From assembly GCA_964415305.1 (NCBI GenBank), contig CAYPZE010000001.1, positions 456-64,455 of the forward strand: DNA of 64,000 nucleotides, read 5' to 3'. This document shows positions 1-11,444 of the stretch, in pieces (the stretch's first letter is position 1; every line of letters begins with the position of its first letter). The position numbers were made by a program, and so were the translations under genes. The notes below the pieces were generated by a model that saw only the letters and a program-made list of their open reading frames with translations, had not been told where the DNA came from and searched no databases. The stretch comes from an uncultured Methylotenera sp. (lineage in GTDB: Bacteria; Pseudomonadota; Gammaproteobacteria; Burkholderiales; Methylophilaceae).

Positions 1-1
1 T

Positions 2-220
2 GTCGCAGCCTTAACGGCAGCCACTACCGGGACTTTTAATACCGCACATGCCATGTGTTCGGATGCGATTTTGGGGCGCTACGCGCTACAGCTGGATACC
101 ATGCTGGATGACGGTGCAGGCAATAGTGGTGTGATGCGCATACTGGTGAATGGGACGCCAGGCAGTGGAGAAGCCGCCCCCGCCGCTGCGACACCCTACT
201 TAGTCTGTATGAGTTTTTAG
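2..220 (+). CDS. 3' end of a probable prepilin/pseudopilin-like protein (5'-truncated by window)
   Basis: Own translation, frame open from base 2 to TAG at 218-220: ...AMCSDAILGRYALQLDTMLDDGAGNSGVMR...PYLVCMSF*. The LDxxLDDG motif and Cys pair resemble C-termini of prepilin-type proteins; the N-terminus is not visible. Confidence 0.5.
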   Translation, partial: VAALTAATTGTFNTAHAMCSDAILGRYALQLDTMLDDGAGNSGVMRILVNGTPGSGEAAPAAATPYLVCMSF

Positions 221-246
221 TGTAGAATACAACATAAATTTGACAC

Positions 247-272
247 AAAAGGCCTGGTTTTTCAGGCTTTTT
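247..272 (+). terminator. Probable intrinsic terminator
   Basis: aaaaggcctg-gttttt-caggcttttt hairpin with T tract after the upstream stop. Confidence 0.55.
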
Positions 273-319
273 GTTTTATGTCTGATACATTCAACGAATG
301 AGACAGATTCTGTTTTAGA

Positions 320-1153
320 ATGGAACCCGTTTTACATCAACCACTTCCTATGGCAAACGCAATTGTAGAAATAAAAGACTTGTCTTTCGGGTATAAAGGC
401 CGCTTGTTGCATAAAGGCATCAACATGACCTTTCCTAAAGGTAAGGTGGTTGCCATCATGGGCGGCAGCGGCAGTGGTAAAACCACTTTACTGCGCCTGA
501 TAGGTGGGCAGCTTAAACCGACGAAAGGCCATGTAGAGGTTGGCGGCGAAGTCGTTCATAAGCAAGACCGCGAAGGGATTTACCGCTTACGCCGGAAAAT
601 GGGCATGTTGTTTCAGCACGGTGCATTGTTTACCGACTTATCCGTGTTTGAGAATGTGGCTTTCCCAATGCGCGAACACACCAATTTACCTGAAAGCATG
701 ATCCGCGATCTGGTGTTGCTTAAACTCAACGCTGTCGGTTTGCGAGGGGCGCATGCATTGATGCCAACCGAGCTCTCTGGCGGCATGGCAAGGCGGATCG
801 CGCTGGCACGTGCGATTGCGCTGGATCCCAGCATTATTATGTATGACGAACCGTTTGCCGGTCTGGACCCCATTTCGATGGCGGTCATTTGTGATTTGAT
901 CCGTAGCCTCAATGATGCCTTGGGTGCGACCTCTATTATTGTGACCCACGATGTGGAAGAAACTTTCCAGTTTGCTGATTACGTCTATTTTGTTGCAGAT
1001 GGCGTCGTTGCTGCTGAGGGCACACCAGAAGACTTGCGTAAATCCGAACTGCCGTTTGTGCACCAGTTTGTGCATGGCGAAAAAGATGGCCCGGTGCCAT
1101 TTCATTACGCCGCGCCTGAATATCACGCCAGTTTGTTGAGAGGGGCGCGTTAA
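320..1153 (+). CDS. mlaF: Mla ABC transporter ATPase
   Basis: Walker A GGSGSGKT, LSGGM signature, YDEPFAGLDP; start could be ATG at 350. Confidence 0.93.
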   Translation: MEPVLHQPLPMANAIVEIKDLSFGYKGRLLHKGINMTFPKGKVVAIMGGSGSGKTTLLRLIGGQLKPTKGHVEVGGEVVHKQDREGIYRLRRKMGMLFQHGALFTDLSVFENVAFPMREHTNLPESMIRDLVLLKLNAVGLRGAHALMPTELSGGMARRIALARAIALDPSIIMYDEPFAGLDPISMAVICDLIRSLNDALGATSIIVTHDVEETFQFADYVYFVADGVVAAEGTPEDLRKSELPFVHQFVHGEKDGPVPFHYAAPEYHASLLRGAR

Positions 1154-1947
1154 TGGTGTTGCATAAATTAAAGCGCATGCTGAGCAAGTTAGGCGCAGGT
1201 TGTATCAACAAAATCTGGCGTTTGGGTGCTGGTGGTCGTTTGTTCTGGCTGACGCTGATTTCTTCTGGGGAAAGCTTCCGCCGTTTCCGCCTGACAATCC
1301 GCGAGGTGTACTTCACCGGCGTCTTGTCACTGATTATTATCCTGGTCTCTGCTTTCTTTGTCGGCATGGTGCTCGCGTTGCAGGGATATCACACCCTGCA
1401 AAAATATGGCTCCTCAGAGGCGATTGGGGTGTTGGTCGCCTTGGCGTTAGTACGCGAGCTCGGTCCGGTGGTCACGGCACTGTTGTTTGCTGGGCGTGCT
1501 GGTACGGCAATTACCGCAGAAATTGGTTTGATGAAGGCGACTGAGCAATTGTCTGCCATGGAAATGATGGCCGTGAGCCCGATTGCGCGTGTTATTGCAC
1601 CCCGATTCTGGGCGGGTGTGATTGCCATGCCGGTGCTGGCAACGTTATTTTCCATGGTCGGCATTCTGGGTGGTTACCTGGTGGCAGTGCCATTGATAGG
1701 CGTCGACGCCGGTGCGTTCTGGTCACAAATGCAGGCCAATGTTGATTGGGAGTATGACATTCTGAATGGTGTACTCAAGAGTGTGGTGTTCGGGGTGGCA
1801 TGTACCATGATCGCCTTGTTTGAGGGCTATGATGCGCCGCCGACAGCGGAAGGGGTAAGTCGCGCCACAACTAGAACAGTTGTCACCTCATCACTGGCGG
1901 TATTGGGGCTGGATTTTATATTAACGTCGTTCATGATTGCAGTTTAG
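1153..1947 (+). CDS. mlaE: Mla permease
   Basis: RELGPVVTALLFAGRAGTAITAEIGLMKATEQ motif; translationally coupled to mlaF. Confidence 0.95.
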   Translation: MVLHKLKRMLSKLGAGCINKIWRLGAGGRLFWLTLISSGESFRRFRLTIREVYFTGVLSLIIILVSAFFVGMVLALQGYHTLQKYGSSEAIGVLVALALVRELGPVVTALLFAGRAGTAITAEIGLMKATEQLSAMEMMAVSPIARVIAPRFWAGVIAMPVLATLFSMVGILGGYLVAVPLIGVDAGAFWSQMQANVDWEYDILNGVLKSVVFGVACTMIALFEGYDAPPTAEGVSRATTRTVVTSSLAVLGLDFILTSFMIAV

Positions 1948-1983
1948 CAACACGGACGTACGCTAACTCGCGGGGAATAAACA

Positions 1984-2529
1984 ATGGAAAGAACAACAAT
2001 TGATTTGTGGGTAGGCATTTTTGTCGCACTCGGTTTTGCGGCATTGCTTGGTTTGGCGATGAAAGTGGGTAATCTCACCACCAGTAGTATCGGCCAAACC
2101 TATCTGGTGACCGCGAATTTTGAGAATATCGGTGGCCTCAAACCACGTGCGCCAGTCAAAAGTGCCGGGGTAGTGGTCGGTCGTGTGAGTGAAATTGTGT
2201 TTGACCCTAAAACTTATGAGGCCGTTGTGAGTCTCAACATCGACACACGTTATAACTTCCCTAAAGATACCTTTGCCAATATCTATACGGCTGGCCTGTT
2301 AGGTGAGCAATATATTGGCCTGGAAGCGGGTGGCGATGAGGTGAGTCTCAAAAATGGCGACAAGATTTCGCAAACACAGGATGCGGTTGTACTGGAAAAA
2401 CTGATTAGCCAGTTCCTGTATAGCAAGGCGACTGAAAGCGATGACAAACCTGGTAAAACAGCGTCTGCATCAACCGAATCTGGCGTTGATGCGTTAGATG
2501 CCAGTCCATTGGACAAAATTGGTAAGTAA
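1984..2529 (+). CDS. mlaD: MCE-domain lipid-binding protein
   Basis: N-terminal TM, FENIGGLK...GVVVGRV, TAGLLGEQYI. Confidence 0.95.
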   Translation: MERTTIDLWVGIFVALGFAALLGLAMKVGNLTTSSIGQTYLVTANFENIGGLKPRAPVKSAGVVVGRVSEIVFDPKTYEAVVSLNIDTRYNFPKDTFANIYTAGLLGEQYIGLEAGGDEVSLKNGDKISQTQDAVVLEKLISQFLYSKATESDDKPGKTASASTESGVDALDASPLDKIGK

Positions 2530-2555
2530 CTCAATCAATTGATAAAGGGAACACA

Positions 2556-3158
2556 ATGAAAAAGTGGTGGATGGCAGTTGCCATGTGGCTGTTAACCGGT
2601 GTGGCAATGGCTGGCATGACGCCGGATCAGCTGGTGAAAAAAACTGCGGATGATGTGATTGAAGTCATTAAAAATGACAAAGACATTCAGGCAGGCAACC
2701 AGCAAAAGATTTTTGCCCTGGCAGAAGAAAAGATTTTGCCTAACTTTGACTTTGAAAAAGTCTCTCGTTTAGTGTTGGGTAAAAACTGGACCAATGCGAC
2801 GCCAGAGCAAAAAACAGCTTTCCAGGCAGAGTTTAAAACGTTGTTGTTGCGTACATATGCGACCGCATTGTCCAAGTACAAAAATCAAACTATTGAGTAC
2901 AAACCTTTTCGTATGGAGGCTGGCGCTGATAGCGCAACGGTAAAAACAGCGATTCAGCAACCTGGTGGAGACCCTATTAGTGTTGACTACAGTCTGGGTA
3001 AAAAAGCTGATGACTGGAAAGTGTTTGATATCGTGATCGAAGGTGTGAGCTTGGTGACCAACTATCGTAGCCAGTTTGCACAAGAGATTCGCCAGAATGG
3101 TCTGGACAGCTTGACCAAAAAACTGGCCGATAAAAACAAAGCGGCCACTGGTAAGTAA
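2556..3158 (+). CDS. mlaC: Periplasmic phospholipid shuttle (MlaC/Ttg2D)
   Basis: Signal peptide, WKVFDIVIEGVSLVTNYRSQF. Confidence 0.93.
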   Translation: MKKWWMAVAMWLLTGVAMAGMTPDQLVKKTADDVIEVIKNDKDIQAGNQQKIFALAEEKILPNFDFEKVSRLVLGKNWTNATPEQKTAFQAEFKTLLLRTYATALSKYKNQTIEYKPFRMEAGADSATVKTAIQQPGGDPISVDYSLGKKADDWKVFDIVIEGVSLVTNYRSQFAQEIRQNGLDSLTKKLADKNKAATGK

Positions 3159-3195
3159 TTACTCGTTGGCATACAGTCATCTTCGGAGAGTTTTT

Positions 3196-3489
3196 GTGGC
3201 GCAAATTACGCAACAACAAAATACCTTGCTCTTCAGTGGTAATTTGCTGATTAACAACATCAGCGAAACATTGACGCATTTGCAAACGTTGCGTCTTGAG
3301 CAGCCATTGATTCTGGATTTCACCAAAGTGAAAGAGGTGGATACGGTGGCGGTGAGTTTGATTCTGGAGGTTCAGCGGCAGCTACATCACCAGCATCATG
3401 AGGCGACTGCTGTGTCAGTCATTGGGGTGCCTGAAAATTTGCGAAGTCTAATGCAACTTTACGGTGTCGACGGATTCTTGTTGAATTAG
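3196..3489 (+). CDS. mlaB: STAS-domain protein
   Basis: LDFTKVKEVDTVAV...LRSLMQLYGV; GTG at 3196 after GGAG. Confidence 0.85.
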   Translation: MAQITQQQNTLLFSGNLLINNISETLTHLQTLRLEQPLILDFTKVKEVDTVAVSLILEVQRQLHHQHHEATAVSVIGVPENLRSLMQLYGVDGFLLN

Positions 3490-3509
3490 TTGAAAATCAA
3501 GTCTAACAG

Positions 3510-3542
3510 CCCCAGCTCTGACGAGATGGGGTTTCGTTTTTT
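3510..3542 (+). terminator. Possible terminator after the mla operon
   Basis: ccccagctc-tgac-gagatgggg (one mismatch) followed by tttcgttttt. Confidence 0.5.
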
Positions 3543-3564
3543 GTGGGATAGCGAAAGGTCACAT

Positions 3565-4479
3565 GTGGCTGCAGCCATAGAGATTACAGGCATTACCAAG
3601 CACTTTGGCGAATTTGAAGCGCTCAGGGGGGTGGACTTGCGCATCGAGCAGGGGGAGTTTTTTGCCTTGCTCGGCCCGAATGGGGCAGGCAAGTCGACCT
3701 TGATTAACTTGCTGGCAGGATTGTTGCAGCCTACCAGCGGCAGTATTCGTATCATGGGCCACGATGTGCAGGCTGATTATCAGCGTGCGCGCAGTGCATT
3801 GGGCGTGGTGCCGCAAGAGCTGGTGTTTGACCCGTTTTTTAATGTACGCGAAATGTTGCGCTTTCAGGCCGGCTATTTTGGTCATGGTCCTGAAAATGAT
3901 ACCTGGGTCGATGAGGTGATTGAAGGCTTAGGCCTGACGGATAAAGCGCATACCAATATGCGTAAACTGTCCGGTGGCATGAAGCGTAGGGCGTTGATTG
4001 CGCAGGCGTTGGCGCACAAGCCGCCGGTGATTGTGCTCGATGAGCCCACCGCCGGGGTGGATGTCGAACTTAGGCAAATGCTGTGGGCGTTTATAAAAAA
4101 GCTCAATCAGCAAGGGCACACTATTATTTTGACCACACATTATCTCGAAGAAGCGGAAACCCTGTGTGAGCGCGTCGCCATGATGAAGCAGGGCAAAATT
4201 GTCGCGCTGGATACCACGCGTGCTTTGCTCAAGAGCCATGCCGCCAAGCAGCTTTCTTTGCGTCTGGCTGGCGCGTTGCCAGCGCAGCTGCAGCCTTTGC
4301 TCAAGCAGCTGAATGGTGACGAAGTCGTGCTGGCATTATCCGAGTTATCGCAGGTGGAAATGGTATTGAGTGTGTTGCGTGAAGCCAATGTGGCCATCCA
4401 GGATATGCAATTGCAGGAGGCGGATTTGGAAGACGTCTTTTTGAATCTGGTCGGCAATCAGAAAGGAGTTCAAGCATGA
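3565..4479 (+). CDS. ABC-2 type ATP-binding protein (YadG-like)
   Basis: GPNGAGKST, LSGGMKRR, LDEPTAGVD; likely GTG start at 3565. Confidence 0.88.
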   Translation: MAAAIEITGITKHFGEFEALRGVDLRIEQGEFFALLGPNGAGKSTLINLLAGLLQPTSGSIRIMGHDVQADYQRARSALGVVPQELVFDPFFNVREMLRFQAGYFGHGPENDTWVDEVIEGLGLTDKAHTNMRKLSGGMKRRALIAQALAHKPPVIVLDEPTAGVDVELRQMLWAFIKKLNQQGHTIILTTHYLEEAETLCERVAMMKQGKIVALDTTRALLKSHAAKQLSLRLAGALPAQLQPLLKQLNGDEVVLALSELSQVEMVLSVLREANVAIQDMQLQEADLEDVFLNLVGNQKGVQA

Positions 4480-5282
4480 AGTGGCTGAATCCTTTCTTCT
4501 GGCTGGATGACAAAGTCAGTCCACGCTGGCGCGGGGTCTATACGCTGTTTAAAAAAGAGCTGCTGCGTTTTTGGCGGGTGGCGTTCCAGACCATTGCTTC
4601 GCCGATTCTGACAGCTTTGCTCTATCTGCTGATTTTTTCGCATGTGCTGGAGTCGCATGTCAAAGTTTATGATCAAGTCAGTTATACCGCTTTTTTAGTG
4701 CCGGGCTTGATGATGATGTCTTTGTTGCAAAACGCTTTTGCCAATAGCTCATCCAGCCTGATCCAGTCCAAAGTGATGGGCAATATTGTTTTCTTGCTGC
4801 TGACGCCGATTAATACACTGGAGTTCTTTGTCGCATTTCTCGCTGCTTCCATGATTCGTGGCTTGTTAGTCGGCCTGAGTATTTATCTGGTGGCGCTGTG
4901 TTTTGTGAGTGTGCCTACGGTCTATCCCGGCTGGATTTTTGCATTTGCCTTGCTAGGCAGCGCCTTGCTGGGGACGTTTGGCATCATTGCCGGTATTTGG
5001 GCTGACAAGTTTGACCAGATGGCGGCTTTCCAGAACTTTGTCATTATGCCGCTGACCTTTTTGTCTGGGGTGTTTTACTCTATCCACTCTTTGCCGCCGT
5101 TCTGGCAAGCGGTGTCGCAGTTAAATCCATTTTTCTACATGATAGATGGTTTCCGTTATGGATTTTTTGGCCATGGCGATGTCTCACCTTGGCTGAGCCT
5201 GGCTGTGGTCGGCAGCTTCTTGCTGGCATTGGCGTGGCTATGCCTAAAGATGTTAAAATCCGGTTATAAATTACGCAGTTAG
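4476..5282 (+). CDS. ABC-2 type permease (YadH-like)
   Basis: Multiple TM segments, PLTFLSGVFYS, NPFFYMIDGFRYGF. Confidence 0.88.
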   Translation: MKWLNPFFWLDDKVSPRWRGVYTLFKKELLRFWRVAFQTIASPILTALLYLLIFSHVLESHVKVYDQVSYTAFLVPGLMMMSLLQNAFANSSSSLIQSKVMGNIVFLLLTPINTLEFFVAFLAASMIRGLLVGLSIYLVALCFVSVPTVYPGWIFAFALLGSALLGTFGIIAGIWADKFDQMAAFQNFVIMPLTFLSGVFYSIHSLPPFWQAVSQLNPFFYMIDGFRYGFFGHGDVSPWLSLAVVGSFLLALAWLCLKMLKSGYKLRS

Positions 5283-5347
5283 CGGATCTACACAGGCAAT
5301 GTTTTCCTGTTAAAACGGCCTGTATTTTGTTGAATAAGTGAGGTTTT

Positions 5348-5593
5348 GTGTTAACAGCAGCGCAACTTGAGGCATACATCCGCAGTGGATTGGAATGCGA
5401 CTACCTGAAAGTGAATGGCGATGACGGCACCCATTTTGATGCGGTGATTGTCAGTCCGGCCTTTGAAGGTAAACGCATGGTGCAACAGCATCAATTGGTC
5501 TACGCCGCCCTGGGTGATCGGATGCGTGCCGAAATACACGCGTTGTCTATGCAAACCTATACCCCCACGCAATGGCAGCAACAGCAAGCCTAG
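5348..5593 (+). CDS. BolA/IbaG family protein
   Basis: DGTHF, FEGKRMVQQHQLVY, IHALSM. Confidence 0.92.
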   Translation: MLTAAQLEAYIRSGLECDYLKVNGDDGTHFDAVIVSPAFEGKRMVQQHQLVYAALGDRMRAEIHALSMQTYTPTQWQQQQA

Positions 5594-5624
5594 CGTTTTA
5601 ATGCATTTTTGGAGCTAAATCAAG

Positions 5625-7201
<1,577 letters not shown>

Positions 7202-7203
7202 TC

Positions 7204-7845
7204 ATGATTACTATTGCACTCAGCAAAGGGCGCATTTTTGAGGAAACCACACCGTTGTTGGCAGCGGCTGGCATACACGCGCTGGAGGATCCAGAGTCTT
7301 CCCGCAAGCTGATTTTGCCGACTAACCGTGATGACGTACGCTTGGTGATTGTGCGCGCGACCGATGTGCCAACCTATGTGCAATATGGCGCGGCGGATTT
7401 GGGCATTGCCGGTAAGGATGTGCTGGATGAGCATGGCGGCGAAGGCTTGTATCAGCCCTTGGACCTGAATATTGCCAAGTGCAAAATGATGGTGGCCGTG
7501 CGTGAGGACTTTGATTATGAGGCCAGCATCCGCCAAGGTGCGCGTCTCAAAGTAGTGACCAAATATGTGAAAACCGCGCGTGAGCATTTTGCCGCCAAGG
7601 GCATGCATGTGGACTTGATCAAGCTCTACGGCTCGATGGAGCTAGGGCCGCTAGTCGGCTTGGCCGATGCCATTGTCGACTTGGTCAGTACTGGCGGCAC
7701 CTTACGTGCCAATCATCTCAAAGCAGTTGAAGAGGTGGGTGCGATTAGCTCGCGCCTGGTGGTTAATCAGGCCTCTTACAAGGTAAACCGTCCGTTGTTA
7801 CAACCGATTATTGACAGTTTTGCGCGCGCCATTCGTAAAGAGTAA
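7204..7845 (+). CDS. hisG: ATP phosphoribosyltransferase, short form (needs HisZ)
   Basis: [28 protein letters not shown]; 213 aa with no regulatory domain. Confidence 0.95.
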   Translation: MITIALSKGRIFEETTPLLAAAGIHALEDPESSRKLILPTNRDDVRLVIVRATDVPTYVQYGAADLGIAGKDVLDEHGGEGLYQPLDLNIAKCKMMVAVREDFDYEASIRQGARLKVVTKYVKTAREHFAAKGMHVDLIKLYGSMELGPLVGLADAIVDLVSTGGTLRANHLKAVEEVGAISSRLVVNQASYKVNRPLLQPIIDSFARAIRKE

Positions 7846-7857
7846 TTGATAGAAATC

Positions 7858-9153
7858 ATGAATATTAAACGTTTAAATACACGCGACACCGGATTTGATA
7901 CTGAATTAAAGGCATTGCTGGCTTTTGAAACTGCGCAGGATGACACCATCGACCAGGTGGTCGCCAATATCCTCAAAGATGTCAAAGCCCGTGGTGATGC
8001 GGCGGTGCTCGAATACACCAATCGATTTGATAAAACCAACGCTGCCAGCCTAGCGGCATTAGAGATTCCGCAGGCAGAGTTGCATGCCGCTTTAAATGGC
8101 CTGCCCGCTGCGCAACGTGAAGCCTTGCAGGCAGCCGCTGACCGTGTGCGCAGGTACCACGAAAAGCAAGTGATGCAATCCTGGCAATACACCGAAGCGG
8201 ACGGTACGCTGCTCGGCCAGCAGGTGACGGCGCTGGATCGTGTTGGCTTGTATGTGCCTGGCGGCAAAGCAGCCTACCCATCCTCAGTGCTAATGAACGC
8301 CATCCCGGCCAAAGTCGCCGGTGTGCAAGAGTTGGTGATGGTGGTGCCTACGCCTAACGGAGAAAAAAATCCGCTGGTGCTGGCCGCCGCGGCTGTTTGC
8401 GGCGTGGATCGCGTATTCTGTATTGGCGGCGCGCAAGCGGTTGGCGCCTTGGCTTATGGCACCGAGACTGTGCCGCCAGTCGATAAAATTGTCGGCCCGG
8501 GTAATGCCTATGTCGCGGCGGCCAAGCGTCGCGTGTTTGGTGTGGTTGGGATTGACATGGTGGCAGGTCCGTCAGAGATACTGGTCATCAGTGATGGGCA
8601 CAGCAACCCGGACTGGACCGCCATGGACCTGTTCAGTCAGGCCGAGCACGATGAGTTGGCGCAAGCGATCTTGCTGTCACCGAGTGCTGAATTCCTCGAT
8701 CAGGTGCAAGCCAGTACCGAACGCCAGGTCGGCGAGATGCCACGTCAGGACATTATTCGTACCTCGTTACAAAACCGTGGTGCTTTGATTCAAGTAAAAG
8801 ACTTGGCCGAGGCCGCTGAGATTTGTAACTTTATCGCGCCTGAGCACTTAGAGTTATCTATGGATGATGCCTTGGCATTCAGTAAGCACATCAGACATGC
8901 CGGTGCGATTTTTATGGGGCGCGATACCTGTGAGGCGTTGGGGGATTATTGTGCGGGCCCTAACCATGTACTGCCAACCTCGCGTACCGCGCGTTTTAGC
9001 TCACCGCTCGGCGTGTATGACTTCCAGAAGCGTTCCAGCCTGATTATGGTGTCATCAGCAGGTGCGCAAACCCTGGGCAAGATCGCCGCGACCCTGGCCT
9101 ATGGCGAAGGCTTGCAAGCGCATGCCCGCAGTGCCGAGTACCGTTTGAAATAA
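7858..9153 (+). CDS. hisD: Histidinol dehydrogenase
   Basis: [37 protein letters not shown]. Confidence 0.97.
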   Translation: MNIKRLNTRDTGFDTELKALLAFETAQDDTIDQVVANILKDVKARGDAAVLEYTNRFDKTNAASLAALEIPQAELHAALNGLPAAQREALQAAADRVRRYHEKQVMQSWQYTEADGTLLGQQVTALDRVGLYVPGGKAAYPSSVLMNAIPAKVAGVQELVMVVPTPNGEKNPLVLAAAAVCGVDRVFCIGGAQAVGALAYGTETVPPVDKIVGPGNAYVAAAKRRVFGVVGIDMVAGPSEILVISDGHSNPDWTAMDLFSQAEHDELAQAILLSPSAEFLDQVQASTERQVGEMPRQDIIRTSLQNRGALIQVKDLAEAAEICNFIAPEHLELSMDDALAFSKHIRHAGAIFMGRDTCEALGDYCAGPNHVLPTSRTARFSSPLGVYDFQKRSSLIMVSSAGAQTLGKIAATLAYGEGLQAHARSAEYRLK

Positions 9154-9177
9154 TCGCCTGACATTAAGAGTATCGCC

Positions 9178-10242
9178 ATGAGTCAATATTGGAGCAATCT
9201 CGTACACCGCCTGACGCCTTATGTGCCAGGCGAGCAGCCTAAGTTGCAAAACCTGGTCAAGCTGAATACCAATGAAAATCCTCACGGGCCAAGCCCGAAA
9301 GTGATTGCTGCGTTACAGGCAGAGGCGGCAGACACACTGCGTTTGTATCCAGACCCTGATTCCAGCCGCCTGAAAGCGGCGATTGCCGAATATCATGGCT
9401 TGCAACCCAATCAGGTATTTGTGGGCAATGGTTCGGATGAGGTGCTGGCGCATGTGTTTCAAGCCTTGCTTAAGCACGATCAACCTTTGCTGTTTCCAGA
9501 CATAAGCTATAGTTTTTACCCGGTGTATTGTGGGTTGTATGGCATTGATTTTGAAGTGGTGGCGTTAAATGCGCAATTTGAGATCGCAGTTGATGATTAT
9601 CTGCGCCCCAATGGCGGCATTATTTTCCCTAACCCGAATGCGCCAACAGGCGTGCCCGTGGGCCTGAGCGACATTGAGCGTTTGTTAAAAGCCAATACGC
9701 AATCCGTGGTGGTGATTGATGAGGCCTATGTCGATTTTGGCACCGAGTCAGCCGTGTCTTTGGTCAATCAATATCCCAATCTGCTGGTGACACATACCTA
9801 TTCAAAATCGCGTTCATTAGCCGGGTTGCGCGTGGGTTACGCCGTAGGTGATGCCGCGTTGATCGAGGCTTTGATTCGAGTCAAAGATAGTTTTAACTCA
9901 TATCCGATTGACCGTTTTGCCGAGGCTGGCGCGATTGCTGCTTTGCAAGATGAAGCCTATTTTCAGCAAACACGACAACAAGTGATTGCAGCACGTGATC
10001 AACTGGTGCTCGATTTACAGGATTTGGGCTTTGAAGTGCTACCTTCTGGCGCTAATTTTATTTTCACGCGCCATCCGGCGTACTCGGGCGAGCAGCTGGC
10101 CACCGGGTTACGTGAGCAGGCGGTGATCGTGCGTCATTTTAAAAAACCGGCCCGGATTGCTGACTTCTTGCGCATTACGATAGGCGATGAGACGCAAAAT
10201 CAGGCCTTGATGCAGGCATTGCGTACCCTTCTGTTGGCTTGA
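9178..10242 (+). CDS. hisC: Histidinol-phosphate aminotransferase
   Basis: [35 protein letters not shown]. Confidence 0.95.
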   Translation: MSQYWSNLVHRLTPYVPGEQPKLQNLVKLNTNENPHGPSPKVIAALQAEAADTLRLYPDPDSSRLKAAIAEYHGLQPNQVFVGNGSDEVLAHVFQALLKHDQPLLFPDISYSFYPVYCGLYGIDFEVVALNAQFEIAVDDYLRPNGGIIFPNPNAPTGVPVGLSDIERLLKANTQSVVVIDEAYVDFGTESAVSLVNQYPNLLVTHTYSKSRSLAGLRVGYAVGDAALIEALIRVKDSFNSYPIDRFAEAGAIAALQDEAYFQQTRQQVIAARDQLVLDLQDLGFEVLPSGANFIFTRHPAYSGEQLATGLREQAVIVRHFKKPARIADFLRITIGDETQNQALMQALRTLLLA

Positions 10243-10311
10243 TGTCGTTAAAATCAAACTAATTGCCGTAATTTGCCCGCTAATGTGCGGCAAATGATTA
10301 CATTGTGACGT

Positions 10312-10360
10312 AAAAAAAATCCTCTCAATATTGTCATTTTTTTGAAAATACGGTTATGAT
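10312..10360 (+). promoter_or_regulatory. Sigma70-like promoter for hps
   Basis: A-tract at about 10312-10319, TTGTCA (10331-36), 18 nt spacer, TATGAT (10355-60). Confidence 0.6.
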
Positions 10361-10459
10361 GCACGCTATTGTACATAATGTGCAGTGAGGGTTGCGTTTG
10401 CATAATTGCTGCGCATAGATTCATTGGATTTAAAATAGAGCAAACTCGGAGGAAGAAAA

Positions 10460-11332
10460 ATGGCACAAACCCAGATGGCATTGGACTCATTGGATTTCGA
10501 CGCAACGATCGCTTTGGCAGCTAAAGTTGCTCCACACGTTGATATTCTGGAAATTGGTACCCCTTGTATCAAACACAACGGTATCGAATTGTTGAAAGCA
10601 TTGCGTTCAAAATTCCCTAACAACAAAATTCTGGTTGACCTGAAAACCATGGATGCTGGCTTTTACGAAGCTGAGCCATTCTACAAAGCAGGTGCTGACA
10701 TTTGTACCGTTTTGGGTACTGCAGACATCGGTACGATCAAAGGTGTGATCGACGCTGCTAACAAATATGGCAAAGAAGCGCAAATCGACCTGATCAACGT
10801 AAAAGACAAAAAAGCCCGTACGCTGGAAGTGGTTAAATTGGGTGCACACATTATTGGTGTTCACACTGGTTTGGACCAACAAGCGGCTGGTCAAACACCA
10901 TTTGCTGACCTGGGTCTGGTATCCGGTCTGAAAACAGGCGCTAAAGTATCTGTCGCTGGTGGCGTGAAAGCTGCAACGACTAAACAAGTGGTTGATGCTG
11001 GTGCTGATATCGTTGTTGCCGGTGCGGCGATCTACGGTGCTGCTGACCCAGCTGCTGCTGCCACTGAAATCACTAAAATTGCTCACGGTGCTGGCACTGC
11101 GACTAAAGGTGGTAACAAGTTGCTGCCATGGATCATCGCTGCTGTTGCTGCGGTATTGGTATTCTCCCTGTTGGGCAAAAAATCTGAAGAAGCTGCGCCT
11201 GCTGCTGAAGCGCCAGCGGCTGAAGAAGTTGCTCCAGCTGAGGCAGCACCTGCTGCTGAAGCGCCAGCGGCTGAAGAAGCTGCACCTGCTGAAGCTGCAC
11301 CTGCAGAAGCAGCTACTGAAGAAGCTAAATAA
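10460..11332 (+). CDS. hps: 3-hexulose-6-phosphate synthase with C-terminal TM helix and acidic Ala/Glu/Pro tail
   Basis: Residues 1-209 have Hps/KGPDC motifs EIGTP, DLKTMDAG, VHTGLDQQ, VAGG; GGAGG SD; followed by an 81-aa extension. Confidence 0.93.
   Translation: MAQTQMALDSLDFDATIALAAKVAPHVDILEIGTPCIKHNGIELLKALRSKFPNNKILVDLKTMDAGFYEAEPFYKAGADICTVLGTADIGTIKGVIDAANKYGKEAQIDLINVKDKKARTLEVVKLGAHIIGVHTGLDQQAAGQTPFADLGLVSGLKTGAKVSVAGGVKAATTKQVVDAGADIVVAGAAIYGAADPAAAATEITKIAHGAGTATKGGNKLLPWIIAAVAAVLVFSLLGKKSEEAAPAAEAPAAEEVAPAEAAPAAEAPAAEEAAPAEAAPAEAATEEAK
11198..11279 (+). repeat. 31-bp exact direct repeat (period 51 bp) in the hps tail
   Basis: cctgctgctgaagcgccagcggctgaagaag at 11198-11228 and 11249-11279. 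Confidence 0.9.
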
Positions 11333-11366
11333 TCGACTGTTATCTTTACAGATAGCTTTATGATTT

Positions 11367-11397
11367 AAAAAAAGCAGCCCAAACGGGCTGCTTTTTT
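11367..11397 (+). terminator. Intrinsic (bidirectional-type) terminator after hps
   Basis: aaaaaaa-gcagccc-aaac-gggctgc-tttttt. Confidence 0.9.
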
Positions 11398-11414
11398 GTT
11401 TTTATGTCGGCTTT

Positions 11415-11444
11415 TTGCCAGTCCGGCAAGACTTGCTGTAAAAT
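11415..11444 (+). promoter_or_regulatory. Probable promoter restarting hisB-hisE transcription
   Basis: TTGCCA (11415-20), 18 nt spacer, TAAAAT (11439-44), downstream of the hps terminator. Confidence 0.55.

Noticed and set aside
7204-7845. HisG lacking its C-terminal domain
   Set aside because: Normal short-form HisG that partners HisZ encoded elsewhere.
10992-11363. Alternate-frame 123-aa Leu/Lys-rich ORF over the hps tail
   Set aside because: By-product of GCT/GAA repeats read in another frame; no SD and no convincing slippery site.
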